The notes beneath the pieces were generated by a model. It worked only from the letters and a program-made list of their open reading frames with translations, made no database searches and had not been told where the DNA came from. 64,000 nt of DNA from Gekko japonicus. Lineage: Eukaryota. The stretch lies in NCBI RefSeq assembly GCF_001447785.1, contig NW_015175367.1, positions 901,369-965,368 of the forward strand. Direction: 5' to 3'. Positions 59,171-64,000 of the stretch are shown here, piece by piece. A program made the position numbers and the translations under genes. The stretch's first letter is position 1. The number at the start of each line of letters is the position of its first letter.

Positions 59171-59919
59171 ATATAAACAGCAATAGTCTTTACAAACTAC
59201 CCCATAAGGTTGGACAGCATTAGTCTCAAACTGATGGGGAGAGGTGAAATAGTGGTTTGCCTAATCCAATCCTTGGGATTGAGACGAGAATCTACAAGTC
59301 ACAGAACTTCTAAAAATCTAAACATTGTAAATGATAAAGTAATCACTGTCATTACAACACAGATTTTTTTAAGTCACAGGATCCAGATAGGCCTTTAGGG
59401 GGCAAGTCATTACACAGTGGAAGCACTCTGGAAGTCCTGTGCTTTTGTGGTACTGGCTTCTTTTGAAACAGAGAAGATGCAAAGAAGGGGTTAGGAACCC
59501 GGATGGGAGAAGGGAGTTCCTAAAACAGACGATCCCTAGATCTTTATTCGAACCAGCTGTGGCACATTTCTGCTTCATAGCTAGGTTGTGCATTTGTTTC
59601 CCCATCACATCGTGTATTTAGCCTTAACATCTGGAGATCCTGAACGATATGTACACGTTAAAATCACGTTCATAAAGGCCATGTCAAACAATTCGGCAGT
59701 ACAAAGAACAAGGATTGCTCTACATATTCAATCCAAAACCCTTTGGGGAAAGTTCTTAATGCAGTTCACAAGGTCTGTAGGGCTAAGTCCGCCTTATTCA
59801 GCATACCTAAGAAGTTAAGGCACCCTACTGGGTCAGCCCACAGCAAGGAAGGCAACAGCCCTCCTTCCACTGTTTGCCCTTAGCATCTTGTTTGCAGAAG
59901 CACACTGCCTCTGTACACG

Positions 59920-60980
59920 GAGGCGCCATTTACTTATCATGGCTAATGGCCGTCGATGGAAAATATCGGAGCAGCTAAGGACGCTGGGATTCCAGAGAAG
60001 AAATAATAATCCCCACAACCCAATATACTAAACTACAGTTTAGAGCGACGTCTTTCGTCCTCCATTTCACTGTCAGGCCCGTCCTCCCTACGGCCACACT
60101 TTCATTCCCCGACTCCAAACTCACCCGACCGGCAAACTCTCCTATTGCTCCACGTGCGACTGCGCAGCGACTCTTCGTCATCTGATTGCGTCTTCGAACC
60201 CAGAAGGTGGGAAGTCCCCCTCTAAGAAGCTCCGCCCCTTTGGGCGTTTCGGCGTTGTCAAGAGCCGGGGTGACCGGCTGTGTGTTGGGGGGGGGGGGTG
60301 CTGTCACGCAGCGTTCTGTGTTACTCCTGCGTAAACCCATTAAAAATAATGCGAAACCAAAACGGCTGCGCTTCCATGGGGGGAACACTAGCTGCTGCTG
60401 TCAGAGGCCGGTGGCTTTTACCAGGGCCGCCCCGCGCAAGACGAGGCCTGCCTCGTGGGGTGAGGGAACCCCTCGCCTTGCTAAGGAATAAGTCTGGGGC
60501 GGGACACACAGCCCGTCTGCGCACTTGGGAAGCGAGCATTTTGCGCCCAGCTAGATTGGGACTGAAAGCAAACCAGTTCGCGCCGGTGATGCTTGGTTGT
60601 CGCGTCCCTTCCGCTGGTGGGTTGGATGGCACCCGCTCCTTTTTGGTCAGACGGCGCATTAAGGTCTGCAGCAGCCCGTTCCGCAGGAACTGAAATTATT
60701 CGCGATTTGGCATTTCTAGCGGGGCGAACGGGGTACCGAAAAGCTAAAAGAGTATTTGATTGGCTCTGGCAGAGGCCAGTGATGACTTTGGGATGGCCGG
60801 GCTGAGACCGACAAAGTGTCAAAAAGTCGGGGCTTCATTGAGACAGGGCCAACCAGGTTGCCTCAGCGCAGTAGGCCAGGACGTCGGGCTTTCCTTGTCA
60901 TTCCCGCTGAGCCCTCGGGAGAAGAGAAAGAGACAAAGCTGCAGGACACTCTCTCGGGCCAGCCTGGATGCGGGCGAGGC
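59920..60980. promoter_or_regulatory. CpG island with the RBIS promoter and putative non-coding first exon (~60190-60125, minus)
   Basis: High CpG density. Minus-strand donor GG|GTGAGT at 60125/60124. The acceptor for the ATG exon is at 58558-58559. GC boxes at ~60232 and ~60496. Confidence 0.7.
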
Positions 60981-61427
60981 AAAAATCAGTCTTCTGTGGG
61001 ACTTGGCCGCCTTCTCACAATGTCTTAACTGGGGTGCTAACTGTGCAAAGCAGCTGCATGGCAGATACACGACTATACAGTTCTGTGCCTAGTACTCCAG
61101 AGCGTTAGAAACTTCAGTAGCTAACAGTTGGTTCTGAACAAAGTCTGAGTCCAGTGGCACCTTTAAGACCAACAAAGTTTTATTCAAGGTATAAACTTTT
61201 GTGTGCATGCACACTTCTCCAGATACAGTGACGCACAATTTTCTCAGCCATTACATATGGCGGGGGGGGGGGGGGGGTGGTTCCACGGACTCCAGAGAGT
61301 GAAGCACAATTTCCTCAGCCATTACATATAGCTGGGGGGGAGGTTAGTTGCCAGGAAGGGCCAATTTGAGTCAAGACAAGAGACCGAAACAAAAATGGAA
61401 ATTACCAATACTGTACATACACATAGG

Positions 61428-61633
61428 CAGTGTTCCCTCTAAGCTGAGTTAGTGTGAGCTAGCTCACAATTTTCTACCCTCCGGCTCACACATTTTTGTC
61501 TCTGCTCAGGAAGGAGGGCTCCAGAGCAAACTAATGTATGCAGCAGCCAAACTGCTGGCTCACCACTTTAATGCCAGTAGCTCACAAGGTACAATTCTTG
61601 CTCACAAGACTCCACAGCTTAGAGGGAACATTG
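61428..61633 (+). mobile_element. 206 bp hAT-type MITE, copy 3
   Basis: Same TIRs; perfect 8 bp TSD CACATAGG. Confidence 0.9.
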
Positions 61634-64000
61634 CACATAGGTAGAGAGGGTGAGCAGTAAATTATCATACAACATAATGAAGATATTCTGAAAGTGCTGA
61701 AGGGTCACTTGTAGGAACCTGATTGCTGAGGTGGTCGCGGAAGGTCTTGCTCTGGGTGCCCTTGCCTCCAGAGAGTAGGGGACTGGCCACGAAGTGCGGG
61801 GCCTTTCCGGGAGGTGGGCTTGGGTCTGATTATGGAAGTCCCTTCTGAGAAGCATTTGGCTAGGTGCCTACTCTGATTATTTTTAGGTGCTGGGTAAATT
61901 TGTTTGCAAGAGCTGTTGATGTGAAATAACAGGGACTTTGGTTTCATCATTTTATAGCTGCTGTTTCTTGTTTTAATTTGCTTTGTTTTGATTTTTTAAA
62001 GTTGTGTATCAGCTGTCTTGGTGATTAATTGGTGGAAAGGCAGGCTTGAACCCTTTAAAAAAAGTATTAAAAGTCAAGGCAAAATTGCTGTTTAAGGACC
62101 ATGCTGTAGGTGGCAGTGTGCACATACATTTGTTTTACTTGGAATCCTGTGGTTGCTTCTGGGGCTTCTTTCTCTAGGAGACGATTCTGCAATGGTGCAT
62201 CCACACAGCTGTTTCCCCCACACTTTCCACACCTCAGCCACTGCAGCGCCCCCCCCCCCTCCATACACAATCTAGAGGAATTTTCTCAGGCTTTCTTTAC
62301 AAAATTAGGAATTTTAGGTTGTAAAGTTACAATGATCTACTGCCATGATCCACTAGTTTCCATCATTCATTTTTTTAAGTAGCCCCTTTTGTTGTGGAGT
62401 TATACCTTTCCCCTTATAATTTCACACTGAAAAGAGCTAGAGATGTCTTTTTTTAAAAAAAGAAAAGAAATCTGGGAATGAGTGCCCTGTTGTAACAGAC
62501 TGTTTTAAATAAAGTTATCATGCTAAAGCAATATGTCAGTTATCAATATTTTTAAAGCCATAAAAGGGGAGGTGGAGGTGGCAGTTACAGGACAGAGGTA
62601 AGGAAAATTGCACCAAATGTGGCCATGACTTGCAAACTGTGGACAGGTCCTTCATGGCCGTATGGCATCCAAAGTTGCCTTGACTGCAGTCTTTCCAAAC
62701 AGGTCATAGTAAGCCATGTTTGGGAATGGTGCAGCAAAGCAGAAGAAAACATAAGCAGGATGAACAGAGGATGACATCTTTTATTGAATTAGAAAATATG
62801 TATCCTCATTCTCCAGACGTGTTTGAGGCAGCTCACAACTACAACAGTAAAACAAAACCAATCAAAACAACAAGGTCAATAAAAGCAAATAACACCAATA
62901 AAAACAAGCCAATGAAAACTCATTAAAACATGTCATTAAAAACTGCAGTCTAAAATGGCATTGATAAACAGTCCTCAGGTGAGCAGCAGAGTAAAGTAAC
63001 TGAAAAAGATGGAACCCCATAGTTAAACACCTGGGTAAAGAGAAATTAATTGTCCTGACCACCTTGGTCTGCCTAGTCATCTTGTTAGCGCATGAGACAC
63101 CTGCATGATCATATTTAATAGTTATATACATGGCATTTATATATATTATCTCAGTTCTGGCCAGTATGATTCTATGTAGCAGATAGAAGCAGACTGAGGA
63201 GGAAGAACCTTCCTGGGTCATAATTCACTTTCTTAACTGCATTGTCATGATAGCTCATTTTTCTGAAGCACATTATTACCAAGTCACATTAGAAAAGCAC
63301 GAAGCCTTAGTCAAAGAAAGTAATTCTTTTCTAACCTAAGAAACTAATTTCTTAACAGAAGCAGGAGCACTAAAATATGTCAGTGCTGCAGTTTTTTTGG
63401 TACCTAACACAAATCAGAGAGCTGTAGGGCCCCAGAACAAAACAGAGCCCCTCACCATAGAATCTAGTACTGGCTGAAAGTAATAATTGTGGAAGAGCTT
63501 AAGGTCTGTGTGATGTGCTTCAAGGATCACACATTGTTACCACAGCACCGAACACCCAGTATTGTGGTATTCCAATGGTCCTTGGCTTAGTACTGCTTTA
63601 CCACCGTGGCAGACTTGTGAATGAGTTTTGCAGTCTATGGGCGTATGATTTCTTATCTTTCTGGCCAGGATTTCCCAATGGTCACATTCTTCTTATGTCT
63701 CTTTTGTGCTCACCGTTCTGGGTATTCTCAACAATCGTATCTTTCTTGCTGTTTTGGAACTGTGAAGCAGATAAAATTGGAGCCAGCACTTGACTGCTTT
63801 GTGCATACACAATGCCAGAGCCTTTTTTGCTGGCCTGAGCACCTGCGGCTCTCTGGGAAATACTGTGGTCTAAACTGCACAGGTTGATGGGGCAGGGGGG
63901 AAGACTGTGGGATAGATTGTTTTGCCAAGGAACAGGACAGGATGGTCTTTCTGTGATTCTACTGAATCTCCCCCCCCCCCTGCCAATTCTAGGAATATAG

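Noticed and set aside
59305-59370. Plus-strand peptide KNLNIVNDKVITVITTQIF resembling RBIS KKINIVNDEKVTMVNKIF (possible inverted exon duplicate)
   Set aside because: The match is only ~27 AT-rich nt at ~70% identity and does not extend, so it is compatible with chance. A local alignment with shuffled controls would settle it.
59975-61092. Cluster of 100-137 aa ORFs on both strands
   Set aside because: Expected from stop-codon scarcity in a CpG island; no recognisable protein similarity.
61000-64000. Expected next syntenic gene (carbonic anhydrase CA13)
   Set aside because: No carbonic anhydrase exon is recognisable in the window.

Overview
Vertebrate nuclear DNA from a squamate reptile, probably a gecko (inferred from Sauria-SINE and Squam3-like SINE content). 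Genes, left to right: the first two coding exons of an SLC7A12/SLC7A13-type amino-acid transporter light chain (minus strand, runs off the left edge); complete LRRCC1 (plus, 19 coding exons, 1033 aa); complete E2F5 (plus, 9 coding exons, 388 aa); and complete RBIS/C8orf59 (minus, 99 aa). This matches the conserved LRRCC1-E2F5-RBIS block. All exon boundaries were traced by hand with consistent reading-frame phase. E2F5 has a U12 AT-AC intron and a 63-codon exon that I do not recall in mammalian E2F5. Introns and intergenic DNA are full of mobile elements. The most unusual are: a 1.5 kb non-autonomous Helitron carrying a higher-order array of ~140 bp fold-back hairpins; a second Helitron with a minisatellite; a minimal hammerhead-ribozyme motif in a Penelope-like fragment, sense to LRRCC1; a 66 bp loop-less palindromic hAT MITE next to a splice donor; a young Harbinger MITE; and a TSD-flanked 1.4 kb non-coding retroposed element. 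The E2F5 5' region is rearranged around an assembly gap, with one copy of the flank lacking promoter plus exon 1 and a 1.39 kb tandem duplication.
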